A stretch of DNA of 64,000 bases, from contig OX597818.1 in the NCBI GenBank assembly GCA_951406725.2, positions 36,704,001 to 36,768,000 on the forward strand, read 5' to 3'. The translations under genes were made by a program, and so were the position numbers. The notes below the pieces were generated by a model. The model did not search any database and had not been told where the DNA came from. It worked only from the letters and a program-made list of their open reading frames with translations. Positions within the stretch are counted from its first letter, which is position 1. Every line of letters begins with the position of its first letter. The DNA is from Octopus vulgaris. Lineage: Eukaryota. This document shows positions 39,245 to 55,207 of this stretch, piece by piece.

Positions 39245-39464
39245 TATAGAGAAAGAGATGGATAGACAGATTGACATATATATATATATAGACATATACA
39301 TATATATAGATAGACATATATATATATATAGAGAGAGAGAGAGATATGGATAGACAGATAGACATATAGATGCATACATACATACATGCAAGCATACATT
39401 CAGGTATGTTTGTATAACTACATATATGTATGTATAACTAAACATATATATATATATATATATA

Positions 39465-39588
<124 letters not shown>

Positions 39589-39737
39589 GTATATATGTAT
39601 ATATATACATATATACATATGACATGTGTTGGTGGGGTATATAAATATGTACACTTTCTGCGCATATATCATTTATATTATCTACCATATTTATATTGTT
39701 ATAGATACTTTCATTCTTTTATGCGTTTTTAGTAATA

Positions 39738-39985
39738 TAGTTGTGTCCATGCTGGAGCATCACCTTTTCAATGGTCAATCTTATGTAACTGGATTTTAGC
39801 TGATGAGTGAGTACGACACTGCGGCCCTCTGTTCAGTTTCCTGCCTTGATATACTTCCAGTTGGGTCCTTGGACAGCAGGAGGTCAAGTCATTACTTGAA
39901 AGCATCTACCCGTTCAGATGTTTAGGCAAGGCATTACATTGCTATTACGTTACATGGTCATCACCCTAAAGAGGATAGCTGGGAC
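39738..39985 (-). pseudogene. Older CR1-like 3' fragment of a related family
   Basis: VDAFK**LDLLLSKDP...RQETEQRAAVSYSLI aligns by eye with the end of the 15173 ORF. Tail ccatgctggagca present. Confidence 0.6.
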
Positions 39986-40306
39986 CACTGGAACTACGTA
40001 GATATGTATATTGCCGTGTGTGTGTGTATGTGTGTGTGTGTGTGTTTGTGTGAGTGAGTGTGTGTGTGTGTGGATATTTACATATCCTTTTCATGCTCAT
40101 CTATAAAATACTGTGCATTCGTGTTTGTGTGTTTATATACATACACACACATATTTTTTTATATATGTACACACACATATATGTATGCATATAGATATAT
40201 ACATACATATATATACACAGATATAGATATATAAATATATATATTGGTATATATATATATATATACATGTATATAAATATATATTATATAGATATATATA
40301 TATATG

Positions 40307-40365
<59 letters not shown>

Positions 40366-40930
40366 GTATGTATGTATGTATGTATGTATGTATGTATGTA
40401 TGTATGTATGTATGTATGTATGTATGTATGTATATATATAAATGCACATTCGGTATTTTATTTCCTATAGTTTCAGATCAGAGCTGCGGCCATTCTGATG
40501 CACCACCGTTTTGATCTTTCCGCATATATATATATATTTTTATATATATATATATACATTATATATATATATATTTATATAATATATTTATATAAATATA
40601 TATACATATATATTTACACACACACACACTCACATAGATTGGAGTGTATACATGTGTATATGTATATAGATATGACTGTTTACATGTATGCTTCTATGTG
40701 TATTTATATATATATAAAAATATAATTATATATACATATATACATTGGGTAAATTCTTTGCAGTCACTAAAAGGAAAATATGAAGATTACAATTTAAATC
40801 CAGTGTACATATATATTTAACTGTACATATAATTTATGTATGTATTCCCATAAATGTATACATTGCATATATGCAAATTAGTCTGTATGTGTATATACAA
40901 TTATACTTGCATATATATATTTACATAAAA

Positions 40931-40961
<31 letters not shown>

Positions 40962-41231
40962 TATTACATATTAGACGGCATAGTAGAGTGTAATACATTA
41001 TATTATATAATCTTCATATATATATAGATATAGATATATACATACATATATATTATATATATTAGACATCATATTATAGTGTTTTATATTATATTATATA
41101 ATCCTCATATCTATCTATCTATCTATCTATCTATCTCTATATAAATATATATATATATATACATACATATACATACATACATATACATACATACATACAT
41201 ACATACATACATACATACATACATACATACA

Positions 41232-41267
<36 letters not shown>

Positions 41268-41342
41268 CATATATATTATATCACCAGTGAAAGGCTAGAG
41301 TTCCTCAACTTTTATTTATGTGTTCATACATATATGCATACA

Positions 41343-41404
<62 letters not shown>

Positions 41405-42058
41405 TATGTATATATGTATATATGTGTGTGTGTGCGTGTGAATGTGTGTTTGTGTGTGATATATGCATTTTCTTGTAGGTATGTATAAAGTCTGTATGTT
41501 TAAATGCTATTTAAGGGAAATCTCTTTTTCTTACCCGTTTAACTAGCTCAATGGCAGTTTAACCAAATTTTAACCGAGTATTTTTTAGGCTTTCCTATTC
41601 ATTAAATTAATTTGCATATTCATTCGTATAATTAAGCTGCTGCAAAATACAATAAATCATAAACTGTGACTAAGTAAAATTATCCATATGACATTATTTG
41701 ATTTAGGCGTACAATTTTATCGCATTTATTTCTGTTTTCCTATTAATTTTACCTAATTATAATTATCATTCAGTTACATCATGGAAACTCTCACTTCATG
41801 TAATAAAAGATAAGTGTGTATATATATATATATACAAATATATATATATATACATATATAGAGAGAGATAGATAGATAGATAGATATGTGCATATATATA
41901 TATTTATACATATATATATGTATATATACATATATATATATGTATATATACATATATACGTAAGTATTCATATATATGTATGTATATATATATATGTATA
42001 TATATATGTATATATATATATATATGTATATATATGTATATATATGTGTATATATTTA

Positions 42059-42121
<63 letters not shown>

Positions 42122-42876
42122 TAGCATGCACTCATACATACGTGTTCGTACATATATGCATATATACATACGTACTTGGATCCATACGTACATACATGCA
42201 TATATACATGCATGCATACATACTTATATACATACATACATATATCCATACATACATACATGCATGCATGCATGCATACATACATACATACATACATACA
42301 TACATACATACATACATACATACATACATACATACATACATACATACATACATGGATGCGTACACACAGTTTATATAAGCCGGCGTTATTTGCAATTACT
42401 TAATTTCTAAATTTTAATAAAATAATTCGACCAGTAATTCTATTGTGTCTTTTCATATAGAATTTCACTATTTTAGCACAGGATAAAACACATATTCGAC
42501 ATCCAAAACCTCCAAATTATATGTGTGTATTTTGATATATACTAGCACGAATAATTAACCAAATAAATTAAATTGATATTGACATATGATAAAGACTATA
42601 GAAATAAAAAATGCATTCGCATATAATAATCGTGATACTAAATAAGGAGTTTTCATTTTAAATCACACCAATTTGAAGATACATATGATCGATGCATTGA
42701 AGTTGTGATTATCCTTTGGCTTCTGAGTAATGGATCTAATGTACTTTTTGAAAATGCTTGAATCTGGTATCTTGGAAATTTGGCGGCTGTTTCTGGGCCC
42801 TTAGTAAGTCAGTTAGGTAGATGCAAAAAACACTTTCTTCCTTTTATATACACACCCATATATACTTATACATATG

Positions 42877-42952
<76 letters not shown>

Positions 42953-43176
42953 TGTATGTATGTATGTATATGCATATATATGGATATGTCTATATGTATA
43001 CATATGAATAGGTAGATAGATAGATACACACATTACATATATACACACAAACAAACATACATACATACAAATAAAAATACATACATGCATACATAAATAC
43101 ATACATACAAACGTATTGATATAAATTAATTCACATAAATGCATGTTGGTGCGTATAGTTCTTGTACAGGTGTGAG

Positions 43177-43270
<94 letters not shown>

Positions 43271-43810
43271 TGTATGTATGTATGTATGTATGTATGTATG
43301 TATGTATGCATGTGTATACAGATATATATAAATTTGTATAAATATATACATGCATATAAATGTGTGTATGTCTACATATGTGTAAGTGTATGTATATATA
43401 TGTGTGTGCATATATATAATATTAAATGTATATGTATATATGTATGTATATATATATACACACAAATGCATATCTATGTATGTGCATATATTTATATATA
43501 TATATATTTAGATGTTTCTGTATGTATGTATGTATGTATGTATGTATGTATGTATGTATGTATGTATGTATGTATGTATGTATGTATGTATGTATGTATG
43601 TATGTATGTATGTATGTATGTATGTATGTATGTATGTATGTATGTATGTATGTATGTATGTATAAAAGAAGATAGAGAAATGGTGAGAAAGGAAGAAACC
43701 CATTCATCCATCCATGCATTCATCCGCTTTTCTGAAAACACATTACAGGGAAAATACTGGAAAATACAAAACATTACATAGAAATAAATTTACAACGGGT
43801 TGATAGCATC

Positions 43811-43860
<50 letters not shown>

Positions 43861-43910
43861 ATAGATATAGATATGTATTTGCATATACATGTATATATAT
43901 ACACACACAC

Positions 43911-43954
<44 letters not shown>

Positions 43955-44399
43955 AAGCATGTAGTATTATTCATATATGTATATATACATACACGTGTAT
44001 GTATGCATATGTGTGTGTGTACATTGCTTCTCTACCTTGCCTTTTCACAAACACACAGACACACGCTCACACACATACTCACACACGCACATACACACAC
44101 ACACACACATACACTCACAAACACACTCAAATGTAATGTCCTATCGTGGTCTCATCTTTCAATTAAACTAGATAAAACCTTTCCTTTCTTGAAAAACTTT
44201 TCCTTCCTTGTGAAATATACATTGTGTATGTGTATAGTATATCATATTATACTTTACCATATATTACATTATATTAACTATATTGTTGTATTATATTATA
44301 TTTCATTATATGTTACGTTAAGTTATGTTATGTAAAGTTATGCTGTGTTATATTTGGTTCGGTGCGTGACATAGTGGTTGCTTTCATGATCGTAATATA

Positions 44400-44615
44400 G
44401 TGGCAAGCTGGCAGAAACGTTAGCACACCGGGCGAAATATTTAGCGGTAGTTCGTCTGCCGCTACGTTCTGAGTTCAAATTCCGCCGAGGTCGACCTTGC
44501 CTTTCGTCCTTTCGGGGTCGATAAATTAAGTAGTAGTTGCGTACTAGGGCCAAATTAAGTCGACTGCCCTCCCCCCCCAAAAAAAAAATATCGGGCCTTG
44601 TGCCTAGAGTAGAAA
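44400..44615 (+). mobile_element. SINE family B (other fragments at 23023-23156 + and 57510-57672 -)
   Basis: Matches family B head and core. Confidence 0.85.
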
Positions 44616-44858
44616 CGAATATAGTGGTTTCGAATTCTAGGCTGGCTGAAGCGTTTTGTTGGCTCTTGAACAAAGCATCGCATTACACGTTGCTGAATCT
44701 TACGACTGAGTGATCCTAAGATTGACCAGTGTCTCATCCGGCGGGCAATCTATCTATACACCACACAATCCGGGAAACGAGATTCATGAGTCGATCTCTC
44801 ATGAAACGCTCTGGAATTTTTTTCAAATAATATATATACATACATACATACATACAAC

Positions 44859-44910
<52 letters not shown>

Positions 44911-44977
44911 GTCCGATCCCATGAGAAATGTGCTGGAGGAGGAGGAGGAGTACGGATGTATTGGATCGACACTGTTC

Positions 44978-45012
<35 letters not shown>

Positions 45013-45248
45013 CATATATATATATATTATAGTTTATTATATTGTATTATATTATATTTGTATATATATTCTTTATTCTTTTATTTTTTCATTTGTTTCA
45101 GTCATTTGACTGCGGTCATGCTGGAGCACCGCCTTTATATTATATTATATTATATTACATTATATTATACACCCATATATATATATATATAAAATTTCGT
45201 TCATACAAGCATACGAATACATTCATGCATGCATCCATACATACACAA

Positions 45249-45327
<79 letters not shown>

Positions 45328-46334
45328 CACACACATACGCACACACACACACACACAGAACATTTGGGTTTTTTTTTTTAATTACGATAGCCAAAGAGAA
45401 ATGAGGTAAAAGCAAAACAATGCAAAAAAAAAAAAAAGATTATAAAAATGCTATTAACAGATAAAGAAAATGAAAGTAAAAAAGAAATTGCATATGAAAA
45501 GAAAGAAAAAACACAGAAATCGTAGACATAAGCGTTATTATGTCCATCGTAATATATCGAATTATTAGACGAGTTACAGCCCAGTTTGAACATATTGTCC
45601 AATCGGACTGGTTTACACATCACACGATATATCAATCCATCCTCGTGATATCAAGGAGAAACTCAAATAAATTATGAAAACTACCGTATCTGTGATTTGC
45701 CTGTTCAATTTGTCGGTTTAGTTATATGTATATGTGTGTCTTTGTGTGTCTGTGTGTTTGTGTGATGTGTGTGTATGTGTGCTTGGGTTTGGGTTTGCTA
45801 TGTATATTTGTGTGTAGTTAGTTGTGCGTGTGTGTGTGAGTGTGTGGGTTTCTTTGTCTGCGTATGTTACTGTATACGTGTGTGTGCTTGTTAATGTATA
45901 TATATATATGTGTCTGTGGTATAAGTTTGCGTGTTCGTGCTTGGTTTGTTCTTGCGTGGGTGTATGTCGGTTTTGTTCGTGGTGGTGGTGGTGGTGGTGG
46001 TGGTGGTTGTCGTCTATGCCGTCATCGTCGTCGTCGTCGTCGACGTCGAGTCCTAGAGTTTGCGTATGATTGCGTGTCTGTGTGTGTTCATATGCATGTG
46101 CGCGCATGTATGTCAGAGCATATCTTTGTGTATGCGTATGTGTGTGTTGTGGGAGGTGGATATCGAACACGTATATGCGTATGTGGGCGAGTGTGTGTGT
46201 TTAGCTATGCGTTTTATTACATACATTCGATTGTTAGTTATTCAGGCGTGGTCTAATATATTATGTATATGACGTATATATATATTTCTACATCTTTGTT
46301 TGTTTGTATATGTATGTTTGTATGTATGTGTGTG

Positions 46335-46369
<35 letters not shown>

Positions 46370-46653
46370 TGTCCACGGTTTTGTATGCAAATACTTATAT
46401 GCATATATAGAGAGAGAGGGAGAGAGAAAAAAGTCGGCCAGACACAGTGACACACAGACACAGAAGTGGAGAAAGAAAGGCAGAGGATGCGAGTGTGGGG
46501 TCGGTGGAGGGATGAATGAAATGCACTGTGGCACGTGCTGCCGAATGGATGCATTGTTACAAATAAAATGCTAGCATATACGTGCACATATATTTATGCA
46601 TATATATATATATGTATGTATGTGTGTATGTATGTATATATATACATGCATAT

Positions 46654-46723
<70 letters not shown>

Positions 46724-46744
46724 GTATATATATATATATGTGTG

Positions 46745-46775
<31 letters not shown>

Positions 46776-46776
46776 A

Positions 46777-46808
<32 letters not shown>

Positions 46809-47318
46809 CATATATACGTCTATGTGCGCGTGCACATATAAATACATATGCATATATACAAATATGTCCATATATATATACACACATGGATACGTAAATA
46901 TACACATATATATGCATATATACATATATATACATACATATATATGTATAAATGTATGTATACATGTATACTTATATACAGATACATACATACACACATA
47001 CATACATACATACATATAGACATACATAAATGCATACATACATGCATATATACATAATACATACATACATACGTACGTACGTACGTACATACATACGTAC
47101 ATACATACAAACATACATATATACATACATACACACATACATACATACATACATACATACATACATACATACATACATACATACATACATACGTACATAC
47201 AGATATTCATATATACAAATTTGAAAATTCATATCTGATTATAAATACTATATATGAATATATATGTATATATATATTTATACAGGATGGTTCCAATAGA
47301 ATGTCAACGTGTGTGTGG

Positions 47319-47349
<31 letters not shown>

Positions 47350-47395
47350 TTATAGATATATGCACACACACACACATATATGTATATGTATATAC

Positions 47396-47458
<63 letters not shown>

Positions 47459-47797
47459 TTTATGTATGCATGTATGTATGTATGTGCATGTGTTTGCATG
47501 AATGTATGCATGAATATACATTTTTGTAACATGTGCATATATATATATGTATACATATGTGGTATACAAGTGTTGATTGTAAATATTTCCTGCCTTATTT
47601 CAATCATTCATCTATACAACTATACAACCATTCATTAATAGATGCACACATTGCACTGCGTGTACTAGATATGAACGATGTTCATGTTGTAATTCCATGA
47701 ATCAGTTTACATATGAGTGTATATATGTACGCACTTACACACACATACACATGCACACACACATATATATATATATGCATATATACATAAATATATG

Positions 47798-47842
<45 letters not shown>

Positions 47843-47982
47843 GTATGTACAGTTATAAATAGTTGTTTGTATATATATGTGTGTGCGTATTTGTGCGTGT
47901 ATACACAGATTTACATACATGTTAGCATATAGAAACGAACATGTATACATGTTTAAATAGATATTGCTATACAAATGTATCT

Positions 47983-48025
<43 letters not shown>

Positions 48026-48041
48026 TAAATATTTATCAGGT

Positions 48042-48087
<46 letters not shown>

Positions 48088-48176
48088 CATACACATATAT
48101 ATATATGTATATATATATATAAAGAGCGAGAGAGGAGAGAGTCAGAGAGAAGCAAGAGACTCGGAGAGAGACGAGG

Positions 48177-48273
<97 letters not shown>

Positions 48274-48430
48274 TTAAACAGACGGACAGATATATATATA
48301 TATATATATATATATGCATGCAAATACGTATGTTTATACATATATATATTCGATCTCGTATTTTAGATCTTTATAAGTGTAATTACATTTCTTTGTAATG
48401 TGTATACATGTGTGTGTGTGTATGTGTGTG

Positions 48431-48477
<47 letters not shown>

Positions 48478-48920
48478 GTATACATTAGGTATGTATGTGT
48501 GTGCGTAGGTATGAATGTGTGTATGTATGTATGTTTGTATGTATGTATGTTTGTATGTATGTATTTATGTATGTATGAATGTTTGTATGAATGTATGTAT
48601 CTTTGTATATATTTTTGTATGTGTTTATGTATGTTTGTATGTATGCATGCATGTGTATAATCGTCAATATGCTCATCAACAGCTAATTTCAGTTCAATTA
48701 TTAGAAATCTTTACTTCCCTAATGAATTAACGCTTAATCTTCAATCTGTGAGTGCCCCTATATCGTCCCTTTATCAATTAGAAATTGCTAGGCGTACAGA
48801 CCAGTTGTTCCTAACCTTTTTCCCAACCAATTACACCTTTTATTTAAATGAATTTCTTCACGTACCCCTTTTCATATGCTAATCCTTATGTCTATATATA
48901 TATATATGTTTATATATATA

Positions 48921-49013
48921 GGGAAAGTTTACGAAAAAACAAAAGACGAAGACAGGTGGTGTTCAAACCAAACAGATATATTAGTATAACGCTCAGGAAT
49001 AGAAAAAGTCTTT

Positions 49014-49014
<1 letters not shown>
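48921..49014 (-). mobile_element. Family H2 fragment comprising only the part 3' of the ribozyme cleavage site
   Basis: Homologous to 8570-8658 and 4304-4402. Stops at aagtcttt(ta) and passes into (TA)n. Confidence 0.7.
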
Positions 49015-49062
<48 letters not shown>

Positions 49063-49078
49063 ATAGATAGATAGATAA

Positions 49079-49132
<54 letters not shown>

Positions 49133-49169
49133 GGACGGACGTACGGACGGACGGACGGATGGACGGACG

Positions 49170-49257
<88 letters not shown>

Positions 49258-50697
49258 TGTATGTATGTACGTATGTATGTATGTATGTATGTATATATAT
49301 ATGAAATTTTGAATTTAGTTCACAGATCCCTAGTACTACCTTTGCAGACCAGGAGGAGTCTGCAGACCACAATTGGGGAATCAGAAGAATAGGTTTATGT
49401 AATTTCACATATACAGTGATTGATGGAAATAAAGGAGGCCATGACCGAAGTCCTATTAATTATGAGCAAACCCAGTAAAACGTGATTAAGGGTTTAAAAA
49501 CAACAGCCGTTCGTTATATTTTAACTAAGTCTAAGGGGCATTCAAAACATTATTTTAAATATATTTCATTTAACTTTGAATATTATGTGAGAAATAATTA
49601 GATAATATTAATTAATTGATATGTCCCCTTCTATTGGGCAAACTTTAGCTGGAGATAATATCGTTTCTAGAATAATACAGAATTCTAGAATAATATGCAT
49701 ACACGTTATGTATGTATGTATGTATGTATGTATGTATGTATGTATGTATGAATGTATGCATGTATGTATGTACGTATGCATCCATGTACGTATGTATGTA
49801 TCTATTTATGCATATATGTATGTATGTATGTATGTATGTACGTACGTATGTATGTATGTATGCATGAATGTATGCATGTATGTATGTATGTATGAATGTA
49901 TGTATGTATGTACGTATGTATGCATCCATGTACGTATGTATGTATCTATTTATGCATTTATGTGTGTATGTATGTATGTATGTATGTATGTATGTATGTA
50001 TGTATGTATGTATGTATGTATGTATGTATGTATGTATGTATGTATGTATGTATGTATGTATGTATGTATATGTATGTATGTATGTATGTATATATGTATG
50101 TATGTATGTATGTATGCATGCATGCATGTATGTATGTATGCATGCATGTATGTATGCATGTATGTACGTATGTACGCATGTATGTATGTACGTATGCATG
50201 TATGTATGTATGTATGCATCCATGTATGTATGTATCTATGCATGTATGTATGTATGTATGTATGTATGTATGTGTATGTATGTATGTATGTATGTATGTG
50301 TGTGTGTGTTTGTGTGCACGTACGTATGACTATATTTATGTATAGTGAAGGCGCGTGGATTAGTGCTTTGAGATATTTGGCTCACGATCATAAAGTAGTG
50401 AGTTCGATTCCCGGCCGTGTCCTTTAGTGTCCCTTAGCAAGACACTTAATTTCCCATTGTTTCACTAGTGAAATAAGCTGTTCCTGTAATTCAAAGGGCC
50501 AGCTTTGTCACATTCTGTGTCATACAGAAGCACCCTAAGGACTACGTTTAGGGTAAAGGATAAATGTACACTGCTCAGCCACCTGCACGTTAATTGCACG
50601 AGCAGGCTGTTCCGTTGATCGGATCAACTGGAAACCTAGTCGTCGTAATCGATGGAGTGCCAGTTACGCATGCATACATACATCTACACACACACGC

Positions 50698-50756
<59 letters not shown>

Positions 50757-50992
50757 CATACATACATACATACATACATACATACATGTGTGTGTGCTAT
50801 CTATCTACGTATAAATACATATACATAACATGTATGTGAATATATATGCCAGTGTTTATTTTCATACGTTTGTGAGTGCATACATATTTGTAGATACATA
50901 TACATACATACATATATGCATACATACATACATACATACATACATACATACATACATACATACGTATATATATATATATATATATACCTACC

Positions 50993-51048
<56 letters not shown>

Positions 51049-51050
<2 letters not shown>

Positions 51051-51191
51051 CGCAGGAGTGGCTGTGTGGTAAGTAGCTTGTTTACCGACCACATGGTTCC
51101 GGGTTCAGTCCCACTGCGTGGCACTATAGCCTCGAGCCGACCAAAGCCGTGTGAGTGGATTTGGTAGACGGAAACTGAAAGAAGCCTGTCG

Positions 51192-51230
<39 letters not shown>

Positions 51231-51428
51231 GTATGTTTTTGTCCCCCTAGCATTGCTTGACAACCGACGCTGGTGTGTTTATGTCCCCGTTACTTAGCGG
51301 TTCGGCAAAAGAAATCGATAGAATAAGTACTGGGCTTACAAAAGAATAAGTCCATGGGTCGAGTTGCTCGATTAAAGGCGGTGCTCCAGCATGGCTGCAT
51401 TCAAATGATTGAAACAAGTAAAAGAGAA
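51049..51428 (+). mobile_element. SINE family A
   Basis: ggcgcaggagtggctgtgtgg head through gaaacaagtaaaag tail. Confidence 0.9.
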
Positions 51429-51450
51429 AGATATATATATATATATATAA

Positions 51451-51747
51451 ACGTCGCCCTTTTCAAGCTTAGCCAGGCTCATGGGCTCGGTTTCCCGGTT
51501 TCCGTGGCGTATGTGTTACCCGCAGCTGGACGGGATGCCAGTCCATCGCAGCGTTACTCAAGAAGCAGGAAGAGAGAGTGAGAGAAAGTTGAGTACAACA
51601 GGGGTCGCCACCACCCCCTGCCGGAGCCTCGTGGGACTTTTAGGTGTTTTCGCTCAATAAACACACACAACGCCCGGTCTGGGAATCGAAACCTCGATCC
51701 TCCGATCGCGAGTCTGCTGTGCTAACCACTGGGTCATTGCGCCTCCA
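51451..51747 (-). mobile_element. SINE family C, third tail type
   Basis: Same head; tail ctgcgatggactggcatcccgtccag...gaaaccgggaaacc. Confidence 0.88.
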
Positions 51748-51772
51748 CACACACACATATATATATATATAT

Positions 51773-52060
<288 letters not shown>

Positions 52061-52447
52061 ATATATATACGTATACATACCGAAAGTGCACCTCTGATAC
52101 ACGGATTGTATACTAATCTATATATTTCTTCCTGTTCATCCACAAATCAGCCTTCATCAATGAGACATATGATCATGAACATTCTACTCAGGTTAACCAC
52201 ATTTCCTTTCCCATCTTTGCGCTCCCTAGACTACATCACATAATGTGTTCTTCGTTTAAGACAGTAAGGTCTGATTTAATTAGATTTGATGTCAATTTTA
52301 ATGAGAACGAGCAACTACATATAGTCACCCTCCTTGACTAGTAATTAACTAGACACATCACTTTTAATCTTTTAGATAATATAATGGTTCAAAAAAACAT
52401 CTATATATTTTAAATTGCATATATATATATATATATACATCTATATA

Positions 52448-52844
52448 GGCGTCGGAGTGGCTGTGTGGTAAGTAGCTTACTTACGAACCACATGATTTCG
52501 GGTTCAGTCCCACTGCGTGGCACCTTGGGCAAGTGTCTTCTAGTATAGCCTCGCGCCGACCAAAGCCTTGTGAGTGGATTTGGTAGACGGAAACTGAAAG
52601 AAGCCCGTCGTATATATGTATATATATATGTGTGTGTGTGTGTCTGTGTTTGTCCCTCCCAACATCGCTTGACAACCGATGCTGGTGTGTGTACGTCCCC
52701 GTAACTTAGCGGTTCGGCAAAACAGACCGATAGAATAAGTACTAGGCTTACAAAGTATAAGTCCTGGGGTCGATCTGCTCGACTAAAGGCGGTGCTCCAG
52801 CATGGCCACAATCAAATGACTGAAACAAGTAAAAGAGTAAAAGA
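52448..52844 (+). mobile_element. tRNA-derived SINE family A, full length
   Basis: A box tggctgtgtgg, B box ggttcagtccc, internal (TA)/(TG) tract, tail ggcggtgctccagcatggcc...gactgaaacaagtaaaag. About 13 copies or fragments in the window. Confidence 0.9.
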
Positions 52845-52845
52845 T

Positions 52846-52877
<32 letters not shown>

Positions 52878-53419
52878 TTCTTCTAAATAGATACATGCTT
52901 ATAAACAAGTGGGAATATTTCAAGATTTCGAGTACGAGAGTCATATGACCTCTATATTGGTTGTACTCAAAATCGAACCCAAGTGATAAAATTGGCTCAC
53001 TGAAAGCTTAACTCTAATTTTTCGAGACTCTAATATATATGATTGATGTTCGTTTTGTTAGAAAGGCTCGGAATGGACATAAATATTGTAGCACGTAAAA
53101 TGGGCTCACAGATCTCGAAGGAAAAATTTTCCGCATTTGGGTTCAATTTTTTTCATGTCCGTTGAATCGGTTGCTTTATTTCAGATCGCTCCAATGCACC
53201 TTCTACTGATAATACACTCTCTGACATATTTTATCAACTCTCGTTCGCCCGATGTTTGGCAGTTTTTCTTTCCACATTAACCTTCTAAATACGTCAATAA
53301 AAGCCTTAAGAAAATTATATCTGTCATTCCCTCTCTAAGTTTCAACACCTAAATTTCATCGTCATGCAACTTACACACCTCAAACCAAATTGGAACTGAG
53401 CAGAGATCTCAAAAAACTA

Positions 53420-53710
53420 AGACTAATTCCTCTTTAGGAGCAGAGAATTCTTTACTTCACAAGACCCTGAATCTCTGGTTCATATATATATATATATATA
53501 TACTGTTTCCACTCTCTTAGCCTTTTCTACCGCAACTACTATGACATCTGCTTCAGGACGCTGGCTGGTCTTGTGCCACCTCTACTCGCAAGTGCCGTAA
53601 TTATCACTACACCAAGTTCTTCCAACCTACAACGTCGTCTCTCTGGGATTCCCTTCCTGTCCATGCTTATTCCTGTGACAGCCAGTTTGCAACAGGAATA
53701 AGCAACTATT
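53420..53710 (+). pseudogene. Highly decayed CR1/L2-group LINE fragment
   Basis: LSLFYRNYYDICFRTLAGLVPP and TSSLWDSLP resemble the C-terminal SLFYRY..CS.EL..LVPP and LWNSLP motifs. Confidence 0.55.
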
Positions 53711-54092
53711 AAAGAGAAACAACCAAAATCGATATAACTAGTTCTAGGAGAGGGGCTCTGAATACGAGAGACTCGGATTTTTTTTTTCTCCAGATCATTT
53801 CAATTAAAAGCAAAATTCGACCAAATATCCTCTACGCTATGTTTTAAATGCAATACAGCCAGTTGTAAATTTACTTTTCTTTGCTTTTATAAGGACCAAG
53901 TATATATTGAAATACGCAAAATGTATATTAAAGTAAACTATAACTTTCACCTATTACGTTGGTGTCATGTAATACTAATGTGAGAACCGAATATTGAATG
54001 AGATGGTAAGATTATGCTGAATTACCATAGAACACAGGTTAATTCGTGTGACATAGTGGATTTCATGTTAAAGTGTTATAATATCACATTCA

Positions 54093-54323
54093 GGCGGCGA
54101 GCTGGCAGAATCGTTAGCACGCCGGGCGAAATGCGTAGCCGTATTTTGTCTGCCGTTACGTTCTGAGTTCAAATTCCGCCGAGGTCGACTTTGCCTTTCA
54201 TCCTTTCGGGGTCGATAAAATAAGTACTAGTTACGCACTGGGGTCGATGTAATCGACTTAATTCGTTTGTCTGTCCTTGTTTGTCCCCTCTATGTTTAGC
54301 CCCTTGTGGGCAATAAAGAAACA
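54093..54323 (+). mobile_element. tRNA-derived SINE family B with TSD
   Basis: ggcggcgagctggcagaa head, B box gagttcaaattc. Direct repeat tataatatcacattca at 54077 and 54324. Confidence 0.92.
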
Positions 54324-55067
54324 TATAATATCACATTCAGGACAAGTTAACCATGCAGCTTGTACGGCACCAGTGAAGAACTGGCCATCATGTAATAATT
54401 CTAGTTCAGATTTAAACTGTAGAGATTTATCCTATTCCTTTATCCCATGTCCACTGAAGATTAACATGGCACAAAAAGTTAATCAAACATTTCTCTGCTG
54501 GACAGAACTGCTGCTGGTTAGGAACTGCTGCTGGTAATCGTTCCTTCTTTTAGTTTCTATTAGCAACAGACTAGACTTGGCCGTTTGCTCGTTAAGTTAC
54601 TTGATGTTAGACACAATGCTGTACAGACTACCGAATACGAAACTCCAACCTCTTGCTACCTTGTCGACTCGGCCGTCCATACTCTCTACCGTGATTTACC
54701 ACTTCGCGGAATATTGACACAAATACATCAATGTGAAATACTCGGTGGTGCCTCACTGAATCCTGTGAATTATATGGAATTTTCATTCAATGTGTTTTCT
54801 ATACTAAAAAGCATAAAGGAATATTAAATGTCACTTAATGTATTTGTTCAGTTTTAGATAAAAAAATATATATCAATAGATCTGGTGGTATACCTGCTAA
54901 CATTCTGTGTAGTTCAGCATCAGAAAGAACCGGAATGAGGCATGTAATAATATTTGATATAGTGGAATAATCAAAGAAATATTCACACTGTCTAGTGAAA
55001 GGTTAGCTGCTGCTGTTTGGGGTTGATGGTGATGATGATGATGAAGGTGATGAAGGTGGTGATGATG

Positions 55068-55120
<53 letters not shown>

Positions 55121-55164
55121 GGTGATGAGGAGGAGGAGGAGAAGGAGGATGGTGGTGGTGGTGG

Positions 55165-55207
<43 letters not shown>

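Noticed and set aside
39795-39810. ttttagctgatgagt identical to the start of the 21040 hammerhead
   Set aside because: Lies antisense within a CR1-like fragment, with no in-register GAAA or stems.
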